From an uncultured Candidatus Rokubacteria bacterium (GTDB lineage Bacteria > Methylomirabilota > Methylomirabilia > Rokubacteriales > DASRDR01), in assembly GCA_963805625.1 (NCBI GenBank), contig CAWDVE010000014.1, positions 64,001 through 128,000 of the forward strand: 64,000 bases of DNA. Reading direction: 5' to 3'. Positions 1 to 9,264 of the stretch are shown here, one piece after another (position 1 is the first letter of the stretch; the number at the start of each line of letters is the position of its first letter). The translations under genes and the position numbers were made by a program. The notes below the pieces were generated by a model. The model had not been told where the DNA came from. It ran no database searches and saw only the letters and a program-made list of their open reading frames with translations.

Positions 1-1106
1 GGGTCCCCCTGCGCGGCCGCGAGCACCCGCTGGAGCTCCAGCGGTGGAGGCTGGAGGGTCGCGAGCAGTGCGGTGAATTCGTAGATCGGCAGGACGTGCC
101 GGTCGCGCGTGGACTGGTACCCGCCCATCACGTCCTCGAACGAGCGGGAGTCCGAGAAAGTCTCGTCCAGTGCCATCGCACACAGCTCGGCGTCGCGGAA
201 GGCGTCGCTGATCCCCTGGGCCGTGATGAAGTCCTTGTTGTAGCCGGCGTCCCCGACCAGTGCCCAGCCGGGACCGTACGGACGCCGGAAATAGTTCGGC
301 ACCGCCATCCCGGCGAAGCGCTCCTCGCGCCGGGCGGCGCGCACGCGCTCGGCGAAGGCCGGCAGCTGCTCGACCACCGCCAGATAGTTGCCCTCGACGT
401 CCTTTCGCCTCGCGTCGAACTCCGCGAAGGGCCACCCCACGATTACCAGCGTCAGGTCGTCTTGGGTGGGCCAGGCCGCCATGCCGCAGTTCGGCAGGAT
501 CCAGTTCACGAGACGTCCGTCCATGGGCAGCCCGCTCCAGTACGTGTAATACGCGGCCACGAGGGGAGGCTTTTCGTTGTATCGCTCCGGTTCCACGGTC
601 CGAGCGACGACCGACCGTAGGCCGTCGGCGCCGACGACGACGCGGGCGCGCTCGGTGACCGACGACCCCTCCGGGCCGTGGCCGCGGATGCCGACGACCC
701 GCCCGCCCTCCAGCAGGATCTCGTCGACGGTGAATCCCTGGCGGACCTCGGCGCCGGACTTCCCCGCGGCATCCACGAGGATCTCGTCGAGCGCGGTGCG
801 CCGCGGGGAGTAGGCGACAGGCTCCTCCTCCGTCCCCGGGGCACCGGTCAGCGTGAACGGCCCGAAGTCGAAGACGTAGGTGTGGATCGGCGGGCAGCCG
901 GTGGCCACGACGCGATCGAGCAGGCCCCAGCGCCTGAGCGCCGCCACGCCCGGCGGATGGACGAGGTGGGTTGAGATGGTGTCGCTGGGAAAGGTCGCCC
1001 GGTCCACGACGAGAACGTCGTAGCCGCGGCGGGCGAGGAGCATGGCGGTCGGGGAGCCCGCGCAGCGGGCACCCACCACGATGGCGTCGTACCGTCGGGC
1101 GTTCAT
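1..1106 (-). CDS. NAD(P)/FAD-dependent oxidoreductase (geranylgeranyl reductase-like); 3' end outside the window
   Basis: Manual translation from ATG 1106: MNARRYDAIVVGARCAGSPTAMLLARRGYDVLVVDRATFPSDTISTH (FAD-binding Rossmann motif). It abuts the upstream stop codon and is absent from the ORF track because it has no stop in the window. Confidence 0.88.
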   Translation of the reverse strand, partial: MNARRYDAIVVGARCAGSPTAMLLARRGYDVLVVDRATFPSDTISTHLVHPPGVAALRRWGLLDRVVATGCPPIHTYVFDFGPFTLTGAPGTEEEPVAYSPRRTALDEILVDAAGKSGAEVRQGFTVDEILLEGGRVVGIRGHGPEGSSVTERARVVVGADGLRSVVARTVEPERYNEKPPLVAAYYTYWSGLPMDGRLVNWILPNCGMAAWPTQDDLTLVIVGWPFAEFDARRKDVEGNYLAVVEQLPAFAERVRAARREERFAGMAVPNYFRRPYGPGWALVGDAGYNKDFITAQGISDAFRDAELCAMALDETFSDSRSFEDVMGGYQSTRDRHVLPIYEFTALLATLQPPPLELQRVLAAAQGD

Positions 1107-2009
1107 TCAGCGGGCTCCGAGGGCGCGTCGCAGGGCAGCCAGGAACGCCGCCGGCTGCTCGATGGGCGGATCGTCCGCCGCGCCTTCGACGACCTCGAGC
1201 GGCCAGCCGTAGCGCGCGCTCGCGGCCTGGGCGACCGCCAGCGGCGTCGCGAGGTCGTGCCGGCCCCAGATCAGGAACGTGGGGACCGCGATCGCCTCGA
1301 GCTCGGCTTCCGGAATGGCCGGCATCCCGAACGCCGCCATGAGGCCCTGCATCGCGGCCCGGGCCATCGGCGCCTTCGCGCGATCCAAGGCGTACGCCCT
1401 GAGGGCACGCCAGCGATCTCCGAGCCGCTCGCGCAGGGCGTCCAGGTCGAACGCGCAGCGCGCCCAGAGCCGATCGAGGGTGCCGGCAGTCGGGCTCTCT
1501 AGGAAGTCGTCGAGCGCCGCCCCGAACTCGGCTGCCGGCTGGAACGCGGACAGGCCGAGTGCGTCGACGAGGACGAGCCGCTCCACTCGCTCGCCGGACC
1601 GCGCGACGAAGCGGGCGGCGATCGCGCCGCCCACGATCTGTCCCACAAGCGCCGGCGGGGCCGGGCATGTCCGCGCGATCAGCTCGCCCAGCCACACGAG
1701 GACCCGCTCGCCGTCGACCAAGTCCCCGCCGCCCGACGCCCCATGACCGGGCAGGTCGGGGGCGATCACTCGATAGGTCGCGACCAGGTCCGGGATCACG
1801 GCGAACCACTTGGCCCCGAACTCGCCCGGACCGTGCAGCAGCACCACGGGCGGACCGGCGCCGCCCTCCAGCACCGCGGTCGGGATCCCTCCCAGCTCGA
1901 TCCGGCGCTCGGTCACCGGCATCGCGTCGATCAGCCGCTGGCGGGCTTCCGGACCGGCGAGCGTCCCCTCGGCAGCACGTCGCAAGCGCCCCTGTCTCGT
2001 CGTTTCCAT
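1107..2009 (-). CDS. alpha/beta fold hydrolase
   Basis: GPPVVLLHGPGE, APDLPGHGAS, LIWGRHDL. The nucleophile elbow is atypical (GQIVGG). AGGAGG RBS precedes ATG 2009. Confidence 0.85.
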   Translation of the reverse strand: METTRQGRLRRAAEGTLAGPEARQRLIDAMPVTERRIELGGIPTAVLEGGAGPPVVLLHGPGEFGAKWFAVIPDLVATYRVIAPDLPGHGASGGGDLVDGERVLVWLGELIARTCPAPPALVGQIVGGAIAARFVARSGERVERLVLVDALGLSAFQPAAEFGAALDDFLESPTAGTLDRLWARCAFDLDALRERLGDRWRALRAYALDRAKAPMARAAMQGLMAAFGMPAIPEAELEAIAVPTFLIWGRHDLATPLAVAQAASARYGWPLEVVEGAADDPPIEQPAAFLAALRRALGAR

Positions 2010-2074
2010 GCGTCCCTCCTTGAGTCGTCGATCGAATCGACGGCTCCAGGCTACGGGGACGGGGGGGTCTCGGC

Positions 2075-2128
2075 TTCGGGGAGAGCCCCCACTCGCCGGC
2101 AAAGCGTGGAGTGAGGGTTTTCCCTCAG
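2075..2128 (-). promoter_or_regulatory. Two imperfect palindromes, candidate LuxR-family operators
   Basis: TGAGGG-TTTT-CCCTCA (2112-2127) and GGGGAGAGCCCCC (about 2078-2090), located between the LuxR stop and the hydrolase start. Confidence 0.35.
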
Positions 2129-3771
2129 TCGGCCGGGCGGACCACCTCATTCTCGTAGGCCCAGGCCGTGGCGGCGACCCGGGAGGGGACGTCGAGCTTC
2201 GTCAGGATGTTGCCGACGTGGCGTTCGACTGTCTTGACGCTCAAGGAGAGCGCGTCGGCGACCTCCTTGTTGGACTTCGCGGCAGCCACCAGGCGCAGCA
2301 CCTGGACCTCGCGGGGCGTGAGACCGTGGCGGCCAGCGTCGGGCCGATTGGCCAGGAGCGCGTCGACCCGCGTGACGTCTGGACGGGCGCCCAGGCTCAG
2401 GTAGGCCCGCCGCGCCGCCTCGAGCTCCATCCGCCCCCCTGCCCGATCGCCGAGCGCGCGGCAGGCGAGGCCCAGCACCTCGCGGGCGCGGGCCGCCGCG
2501 TGCGGGATCTCGAGCGCCTGCCACTTCTTCCAGGCAAGCCGTAGCCGGACCAGCGCCTCCCGCGGCTTCCCCGCGGCCAGCTCGACGACGCCCTGGGCCT
2601 GAGCGGCCGTCGCGCGCAGCATGTCGGTGTCGAACCTCGCCGCGATCTCGGCGAGCTCGCCGCAAGCGGCGCGGGCTCCTTCGCGGTCGCGCGCGGCGAG
2701 CAGGATCTCGATCCGGGCCGGCAGGAGCCGCGCCCGCGCGAGCGGTTCACCGGTCTCGTCGAGGGCACGCCCGATCGCGGCGGCCGCCGCGCGCATGCGC
2801 CCCCGCGCGAGCCACAGGAGCGCGAGGCCCGGATGCGGCTCGGCGCCCGCCTGGCTAGCGCTGCGGTAGGCCGTCTCGGCGGCGTCGAACTCCCCCCGCA
2901 GCCGGAGGATCTCGCCCTGCTGGTAGAACGCCGCGCCGGACGGATACTCGTCGATCCCCTCGGCATGCTGCTCCGAGGCCCGGCGCGCCTCGGCGAGCGC
3001 GGCCGCCCACGCGCCCTGGAGCTGCAGAATCTCCGCGCGATGCACCAGGCACGTCGAGGTGAAGATCATCATCTGCCGCTGGTCCTCGCACCAGCGGCCG
3101 AGCGCGGCCGTCCACTCACGAGCGCGGCCGAGCGCGTGGACCTGATGGCAGCATTCGATCACGCTGCAGTAGATCAGACCCGTCATCATCGGGGAGAGCT
3201 CGCCGGACGTGACCTCGACCATCGCCTCGTCGAGCAGCCCGAACCCCTCCTCGACCCGGCCCATCCCCAGGAGCGTCCGCCCCTCCACGTGCCGCGCGGC
3301 GGCGATCAGGTCACGATCGCCGAGACGAGTGCCGACGCCGGTCGCCTCGCGGGCGACGGCGCCAGCGCGCTCCCACTCGCCCGCCCTGAGATGCTGCTCC
3401 GCAGCGGCGAGGAGCAGATACCCCTCCTCCGCGGTCTCTCGGCCTTCCTGATCGAGCAGCCGCTGACCCCGCGCGAACCACCCGCTCGCGGGCCCGGTCT
3501 CGCCGCGCAGGAAGAGGCGGAAGCCGATCCAGAACGCGCAGCGGGTGGCGCCCGGGCGGTCGCCTGCGTCCCGGTACGCCCGGTGAGCGCGCTCCAGCGT
3601 GCGCTCGAACTCACCCTCGCGTCCGACCAGGAACGCCGCGATCGCCAGTCGCTCGAGGTCCGCCGCCCGCAGGGCGATCTCGCGATCGGCCAGGGACAGG
3701 AACTCATGGGCGTCTTTCCACGCGCGGCGGTCGTACGCTCGCCGGCCGCGATCCAGGTGCTTCCGCGGCAT
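2125..3771 (-). CDS. LuxR-family transcriptional regulator with TPR-like N-terminal region
   Basis: C-terminal GLTPREVQVLRLVAAAKSNKEVADALSLSVKTVERHVGNILTKL helix-turn-helix. Confidence 0.92.
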   Translation of the reverse strand: MPRKHLDRGRRAYDRRAWKDAHEFLSLADREIALRAADLERLAIAAFLVGREGEFERTLERAHRAYRDAGDRPGATRCAFWIGFRLFLRGETGPASGWFARGQRLLDQEGRETAEEGYLLLAAAEQHLRAGEWERAGAVAREATGVGTRLGDRDLIAAARHVEGRTLLGMGRVEEGFGLLDEAMVEVTSGELSPMMTGLIYCSVIECCHQVHALGRAREWTAALGRWCEDQRQMMIFTSTCLVHRAEILQLQGAWAAALAEARRASEQHAEGIDEYPSGAAFYQQGEILRLRGEFDAAETAYRSASQAGAEPHPGLALLWLARGRMRAAAAAIGRALDETGEPLARARLLPARIEILLAARDREGARAACGELAEIAARFDTDMLRATAAQAQGVVELAAGKPREALVRLRLAWKKWQALEIPHAAARAREVLGLACRALGDRAGGRMELEAARRAYLSLGARPDVTRVDALLANRPDAGRHGLTPREVQVLRLVAAAKSNKEVADALSLSVKTVERHVGNILTKLDVPSRVAATAWAYENEVVRPAD

Positions 3772-3939
3772 GTAATCAGCATGGACTGAAGCGCGCCGAG
3801 GTCAAGAGGCGGCAATACCGCCCTCTTCGCGGCCCATCGGCCCCTTCGGACGAATCGGGCGATGCGCCGGCGCGAAGCGCACGTCACGCGCAAGGCGCCG
3901 CCGGCAACCCCAGGGAACTTCACCGCCCACCACTATTCC

Positions 3940-3987
3940 GTGGTGATCCAGCCCTCCGTACGAGCCAGAGATCCCGATCACCGCCAT
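3940..3987 (-). pseudogene. N-terminal remnant of a polysaccharide pyruvyl transferase-family gene
   Basis: MAVIGISGSYGGL matches the family start (IGISGSYGGLNLGDEAIL), then homology stops. It overlaps the stop of the solute-binding gene. Confidence 0.5.
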
Positions 3988-5315
3988 GCCGTGCTCCTCT
4001 GGGCCGCTCCTGGGCTGGGACCGGGCTCGTCCAGCCATCGCCACTCCGTTGGGGGGTACAGGGCCCCCTTCCGGCGCGCGCCCGCCGCGATCTGCGCGTG
4101 AAGCGCGTCGAGAACCGCCGTCGACGGCTCGCTTCGCACCAGGATACGCCGGACCGCTTCGTTCATGGCCTCGGTGACGTCCGCCCAGTAGACCACGTCG
4201 GGACGGCGGACGGCGGCGGCCAGGGCCTTTTGGACCGCGTCGAAGGTCTCGCGTTGCTCTGCCGGCACGCTGCCATACGCGTCGCTCCGGATCGATGGCC
4301 ATGCGTTACGCTCGACCAGCACCTCCTGGGCCTCGCGGGACATCAGAAAGCGGGCCAGGGCCAGGGTGGCCTCCCGGCGCCGGCCTCCGATCCCCTTGGG
4401 GATCCCGAGGACGTCCCCGCCGAGGACATGGGCGGCGCGGACCGGCCCGCGCCATCCCGCGTACACTTCGAAGCGCGAGAGAATGTCTTGCTCGGCAAAC
4501 ACTTTGGAGGTGAACGGCCAGTTGGGAGCCAGCCACGCCGTCTCGCCCTGCAGGTAATCGACCTGCGTGTCGTACTTGGCCAGCAGGCTCTCGCGCGCCA
4601 AGAGACCCTCCGCCCACAGGCTTCGGAGGAACTCGAAGGCCCGCACCGACCCCCCGTCGTTCAGGAGCAGGGGGTTGCCACCGAAGGCCACGATCCACTC
4701 CATGATCGTGACGCCCGCTGCGGCACCCTCGGCCAAGGGGATGGTGACCTTGGGTACGCCGCGAGCCGCCGATTTGAGTGCGCGAGCCACGGTCCGCAGC
4801 TCCTCCACCGTTGTCGGGGCCGTGACCGCCGCCTGCTTGAAGCGAGTCCGATTCACGTACGTGATCTGGACGTTAGGCCGAAACGGCAGGAAGTACTGCT
4901 TGCCCTCGAACCGGTCGGGAACCATCGCGGGGAGCACGCCCTCCGGGATGGCGACATCCGAGAGATCCTCGACCAGGCCCTCGTCGACGAGCACCCGGAG
5001 CGCGAGCGTGTCCTTCGCGAAGAGATCGATCGTGGGTCGACCCGCCCGCACCTCCACCTTGAGCTTCTCCGGCAGGTCCTCCCCGGTCACCGCCGCCACG
5101 GCAACGGAGGCGCCGGTCTCGCGCGTGAACCGGCCCAGCACCTCGCGCACGGCGTCTTTCTCGTCCTCGGCCAGCGAGGTGGCGAAGGTGAGAGCAACGT
5201 CCGCCAACGGCCCGCCCGGCGTCCGCTCGGCCTCGGGCTGCTGGCACCCCGAGGCCACCACCAGGAGGGCAGCCACCAGACCGCCGGCTGTCGCCATCCG
5301 CGTCCATCCAGGCAT
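3978..5315 (-). CDS. Sugar ABC transporter solute-binding lipoprotein (trehalose/maltose-type)
   Basis: Lipobox-like LLVVASGC, NWPF and LGGDVLGIPK motifs; lies downstream of two permeases. Confidence 0.85.
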   Translation of the reverse strand: MPGWTRMATAGGLVAALLVVASGCQQPEAERTPGGPLADVALTFATSLAEDEKDAVREVLGRFTRETGASVAVAAVTGEDLPEKLKVEVRAGRPTIDLFAKDTLALRVLVDEGLVEDLSDVAIPEGVLPAMVPDRFEGKQYFLPFRPNVQITYVNRTRFKQAAVTAPTTVEELRTVARALKSAARGVPKVTIPLAEGAAAGVTIMEWIVAFGGNPLLLNDGGSVRAFEFLRSLWAEGLLARESLLAKYDTQVDYLQGETAWLAPNWPFTSKVFAEQDILSRFEVYAGWRGPVRAAHVLGGDVLGIPKGIGGRRREATLALARFLMSREAQEVLVERNAWPSIRSDAYGSVPAEQRETFDAVQKALAAAVRRPDVVYWADVTEAMNEAVRRILVRSEPSTAVLDALHAQIAAGARRKGALYPPTEWRWLDEPGPSPGAAQRSTAWR

Positions 5316-5344
5316 CGCTCGACCCCCGTGGTCCCCCTGGCCGC

Positions 5345-6160
5345 TCAGCCCTTGATCGCTCCGGCCAGCGCCCCGGGGCGCAGGAAGCGCTGCAGCACGG
5401 CCACGACGAGCAGGATCGGCACGACCAGCACCGTCGCCACCGCCGCCATCTGCTGCTTCGTGCCCCGGTCCACCGCCTGGAAGACCTGGAGCGGCAGCGT
5501 GTACTGGCTCGTGCTCAGGAGGCGCGCGTACACGAACTCGTTCCAAGAGTAGAGCCAGACGAACAGCGCGGCAACGGCGATGCCCGGCGCCGCCGCCGGG
5601 AACACGACTCGCACCAGGGTCCCGACCCGCGAGGCGCCGTCCACGGCCGCCGCCTCCTCGATGTCACGCGGGATGCCCTCGAAGGTGCCGACAAGAATCC
5701 AGGCGATGAACGGCAGCGCCCCAATCAAGTGGGCGAGGGTGAGCCCCGCATAGCTGTCAACGAAACCCAGCTGGGCGAAGCGGGTGGCCACCGAGACTCC
5801 CACCGCGAACTCCGGAAACATCCGCGTAACGAGGAGTCCCACGACGAGCAGGTAGCGCATGCCGGCCGGGAGACGGGCCACGACGTACGCGCCCGGCGCG
5901 GCGATGGCCACGCCGGCCAGCGTCGTCGCGCAGGCCACGGTCACACTCTTGAGCAGGGGGCCCCACAGATCGCCTCGGGACATCACGCGCTGCCAGAATC
6001 GGAAGGTCGGCTCGGTCACGACGAGGGCGGGGCGTTCGCCGAAGATGGCGTCCCCCGGCGCGACCGACACCATCACGAGGAGATAGATCGGGAACAGCAC
6101 CAACAGGAGTGACGCCACCACCTGGGCCCCGAAGGCGAAACGCCGGAGCGCGAGCCTCAC
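5345..6160 (-). CDS. Carbohydrate ABC permease (MalG-like)
   Basis: EAA loop IEEAAAVDGAS and WNEF motif. The GTG start overlaps the upstream TGA. Confidence 0.92.
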   Translation of the reverse strand: MRLALRRFAFGAQVVASLLLVLFPIYLLVMVSVAPGDAIFGERPALVVTEPTFRFWQRVMSRGDLWGPLLKSVTVACATTLAGVAIAAPGAYVVARLPAGMRYLLVVGLLVTRMFPEFAVGVSVATRFAQLGFVDSYAGLTLAHLIGALPFIAWILVGTFEGIPRDIEEAAAVDGASRVGTLVRVVFPAAAPGIAVAALFVWLYSWNEFVYARLLSTSQYTLPLQVFQAVDRGTKQQMAAVATVLVVPILLVVAVLQRFLRPGALAGAIKG

Positions 6161-7101
6161 CGCCCCTGCTCCGCCCGAAAGGCGACCACTCGGAGATAGA
6201 GCGCGATGAACACCATGATCAGCGCGAACAACACGATGGCCGCCGCGGCGGCGGTGAACGGATCGTTGGTCGGCGGGCCGTAGCGGCTCCAGATGAACGT
6301 CCCGAGCACCGGCTCCACGCGGCCGGCCATGACCAGCGCCAGCTCGAAGATGCGGAAGGCGTCGATCGCCCGCAGGATCACCGCCATCGTCACGTAGGGC
6401 GCCAGGAGCGGCAACGTAATCCAAAGGAAGCGCTGCCACGGCGCGGCGCCGTCCACGTCGGCCCCCTCGTAGACATCCTCGGGAATCGACTCGAGTCCGG
6501 CCAGGAAGATCAGGGTCACGGTCGGGAGCACCTTCCACATGTCGGCGATGGCGAGGGTGGCCAGGGTGCGCAAGCCGCCGGCCACCGTCCAGCTCGTCGG
6601 CACGAACTCCCACGCCACGCCCGGGATCACGTTCACGGCGTCGGCGAGCGCGAAGAGTAGGGCGTTGAGGTAGCCCGAGCGGGAGAACACGAGCAGCATG
6701 ACGGCGCCCGCCACGATGGTCGGCACGCCGAGGGGCACCAGCATGACCGTCCGGACCAGGCCCCGCAGCGGAAACGTCTGGTGGAGCATCAGCGCGACGC
6801 CGAGTCCCACCCCGAGCTGGAGCACGAGCGACAGCAGGGCGACTGCGATCGTGTTGATGACGGCGGTGCGAAAGACCGCCGACGCCACGATGGCCTGATA
6901 GTTGGCGAGCGATGGAAACCCGGCTCCGAACGGCGCGGTGAGGGAGAGGCGGACGGTGTCGAGGATCGGTGCGACCGTCAGGAGCAAGACGTAGGAGAAC
7001 AGGGGGAGCGCGAGGGCCACCTCCAGGCGGTGCTGGCGCAGGCAGCCCAGCGGGCCTCGATCGTTGGCTCCCCGGGACGCCCGCGGAATCGCGCTCGTCA
7101 C
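6157..7101 (-). CDS. Carbohydrate ABC permease (MalF-like)
   Basis: LAGLESIPEDVYEGADVDGA..WQRFLWITLPLL; start uncertain (7101 or 7206). Confidence 0.9.
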   Translation of the reverse strand: MTSAIPRASRGANDRGPLGCLRQHRLEVALALPLFSYVLLLTVAPILDTVRLSLTAPFGAGFPSLANYQAIVASAVFRTAVINTIAVALLSLVLQLGVGLGVALMLHQTFPLRGLVRTVMLVPLGVPTIVAGAVMLLVFSRSGYLNALLFALADAVNVIPGVAWEFVPTSWTVAGGLRTLATLAIADMWKVLPTVTLIFLAGLESIPEDVYEGADVDGAAPWQRFLWITLPLLAPYVTMAVILRAIDAFRIFELALVMAGRVEPVLGTFIWSRYGPPTNDPFTAAAAAIVLFALIMVFIALYLRVVAFRAEQGR

Positions 7102-7751
7102 GCGTGGCCCCGAGGGGTACGAGAGAGGCGGAGCCGACCCGACGGGCTTCGGCGCCCCCACCTCACCGAAGGCTGGCCCCCTGTCGCACGAGCTCCGCCT
7201 GGACATTCACTGGCTGCATCCCGTGATGCTGATACGCCGCAAGTCACCGCCAGACCGGGAGATTTCCAGGGCACAATCACCTTCGGGCCGCCAGCAGACG
7301 AGTGCCACCGTGAGTGCCACAGCACGGACCTGAGAGATCTGCGCGCTCGTGGGGGAGCCAACGGTCCCCTGCCCCAACCGGTTGGCATATCTGGTATCCG
7401 TGGCCATCCGTCCCTTGCGTCTATTGGGACGGCAACACGACATGGTGGTTCGGCGACTGGCTCGACGTCGACGGACCCAGGGCTCGAAGGCGCAAGCTCA
7501 AACTCAATGAGCGGGTCCCGCGCGTATGTCGAGCGCGCGGTCGCGGTGTTCCGCGACGAGGCGAGCGATAATCTCGGGGCGGCATCACGACACCTCGGTG
7601 AATGGGGTACACCCACTCTCGTTCCGACGCACGGGACAGGTCCCATTGTAGGGATCCCCCTCGAGGCGGCGTTCACCGGTGGCGGATTTTCGCCTTGGCC
7701 ACTGGCTAAGCCACTGACCGACCGGAGGGTGGCTCGTTAAGTGGCCGTATC

Positions 7752-8549
7752 TCAGGAGCCGCTTGCCAGCTTCACACCCAGCCGGGTGAGTTCTGCCTGC
7801 TCCACGTCGGAGACGAGGGCATAGCCGAGCTCGCCGTCACGCCAGAGGATTACGTGGAATCCCCGCGCGGTGGTGGCATACGCTTGCGTGTCGCCCATCG
7901 GCGTGAGGCCGCGCGCGGGCCAGGCAAAGCCGTCGGCAGGGAAGACGAACAGCGTGACGACGTGCAGATGTCGATTGAAGACGAACACGGCCGCCTTGCG
8001 ATCAACAAAGTACCCGACCGCACCCCCCTGGAGCGGGAAGTCGTCATCGCCGCCAAATCGTACGACGGGAGCGAAGTCGAGCCGTCCTGCGAACCAGGGT
8101 TTGACCTGGTGGAGACCGCCGCTCCGGACGTCGACCGGGTTCTGGCTGGAGAGCACCCGGAGATGGTCGTTCACCGCCTCGCTGACCATCCCGCTCGGGC
8201 CGACCTCAGGATGCCGGAGATACGGCTGCAGCGCGGCCACCAGGAGCACGGCGACGGCCGCCGCCGGGACTAAAGATCGGCTCCAGCGGTTCCACCACGA
8301 GGGCATCGCGCTTGGGGTGGGGGGCCACTGGGTCGCCAGCCGCCGCTTGAGGGCGAAGGAGGCGGTGTGCTGGGGAAGCCGCCGCTCGAGTATTTCGGTG
8401 AGCGCTTGCTCCGCCGCTCCCTCGCGGGCGCAGGGTGCGCAGCTCTCCAGGTGGGTAAGGATCTCCCGGTCCGGCTCGGGGTCAAGCTGCCCCCGCTGGT
8501 AGTCCAGGAGTCTCGGCCGCACTTCATTGCAGGTCGGAGATCCCTTCAT
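7752..8549 (-). CDS. Transmembrane anti-sigma factor with zinc-binding (ZAS/zf-HC2) domain
   Basis: C..HLESCAPC, one TM helix, KPWFAGRLDFAP. ATGA overlap with the sigma-factor stop. Confidence 0.9.
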   Translation of the reverse strand: MKGSPTCNEVRPRLLDYQRGQLDPEPDREILTHLESCAPCAREGAAEQALTEILERRLPQHTASFALKRRLATQWPPTPSAMPSWWNRWSRSLVPAAAVAVLLVAALQPYLRHPEVGPSGMVSEAVNDHLRVLSSQNPVDVRSGGLHQVKPWFAGRLDFAPVVRFGGDDDFPLQGGAVGYFVDRKAAVFVFNRHLHVVTLFVFPADGFAWPARGLTPMGDTQAYATTARGFHVILWRDGELGYALVSDVEQAELTRLGVKLASGS

Positions 8550-9115
8550 CGCGCGTAGTCCTTGAGCCGCGACCGCAGCGCCGCCCGCGCCCGCGCGAGC
8601 CGCGACTTCACCGTGCCCACCGCACAACCCATGACGTCCGCGACCTCGACCTCGGTCAGACCCTCGAGATCGAGGAGGATGGCGGACCGGGCGTCCTCCG
8701 AGAGGGTCATGAGCGCTTGCTCGATTTCCACGCCCACCAGTTTGCGCAGTCGGTCGAGTTCGATGTCGTCCCGCAGCCACTCTTCCCGGGCCGCGCCCTG
8801 CGCCGAGGGGTCGACGGTGTCCAGGCCGCCCACTGTCGGGTCGTGACGGTGACGGCGATACAGGCTCACGAACGTGTTCCGAAGGATACGAAAGAGCCAG
8901 GCCTTGAGATTGGTGCCGGACGTGAACTGTCGCGCTCCCTTGAGAGCCCGCGCATACGTCTCCTGGACGAGGTCCTCGGCGTCCGCCTGGTTGCCCGTGA
9001 GGTAGCGGGCGAGGTTATAGAGAGTGTCCGCATAGGCCAGGGCGTCGCGCCCCAGGGCCGCGACCGGGTCCACGCCTGGTGGCTCCATCCCAGGACCATG
9101 GTACGCCGGCCTCAT
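8546..9115 (-). CDS. ECF RNA polymerase sigma-70 factor
   Basis: DAEDLVQETY, TNLKAWLFRILRN, GTVKSRLARAR; start at 9115 or 9088. Confidence 0.93.
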   Translation of the reverse strand: MRPAYHGPGMEPPGVDPVAALGRDALAYADTLYNLARYLTGNQADAEDLVQETYARALKGARQFTSGTNLKAWLFRILRNTFVSLYRRHRHDPTVGGLDTVDPSAQGAAREEWLRDDIELDRLRKLVGVEIEQALMTLSEDARSAILLDLEGLTEVEVADVMGCAVGTVKSRLARARAALRSRLKDYAR

Positions 9116-9158
9116 TCGCGATCCACCACCAAGCGTCCAGGCGCCCCTCCTCCATTCG

Positions 9159-9184
9159 TAACGCCGCAGCGCCAGATTCGTTCC
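9159..9184 (-). promoter_or_regulatory. ECF-type promoter for the sigma/anti-sigma operon (autoregulatory)
   Basis: Minus strand reads GGAACGAATCTGGCGCTGCGGCGTTA, i.e. GGAAC-N16-CGTT. Confidence 0.75.
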
Positions 9185-9198
9185 CGGCGACGGGCGAC

Positions 9199-9224
9199 GG
9201 AACGAATGAAAGGCCCGGGCGTTA
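9199..9224 (+). promoter_or_regulatory. ECF-type promoter for the YVTN-cupredoxin gene
   Basis: GGAACGAATGAAAGGCCCGGGCGTTA; same motif and spacing as the divergent copy. Confidence 0.75.
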
Positions 9225-9264
9225 GCGCAAGTGGATAGAACATGCACCGCAAGGAGGTCATACC

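Noticed and set aside
3804-3827. Intrinsic terminator (AAGAGGCGG-CAATA-CCGCCCTCTT)
   Set aside because: The hairpin is present but has no U-tract; it may instead overlap a weak LuxR promoter. Not supportable.
7314-7571. Trp-rich small ORF
   Set aside because: No RBS, atypical codon usage and no recognisable family.
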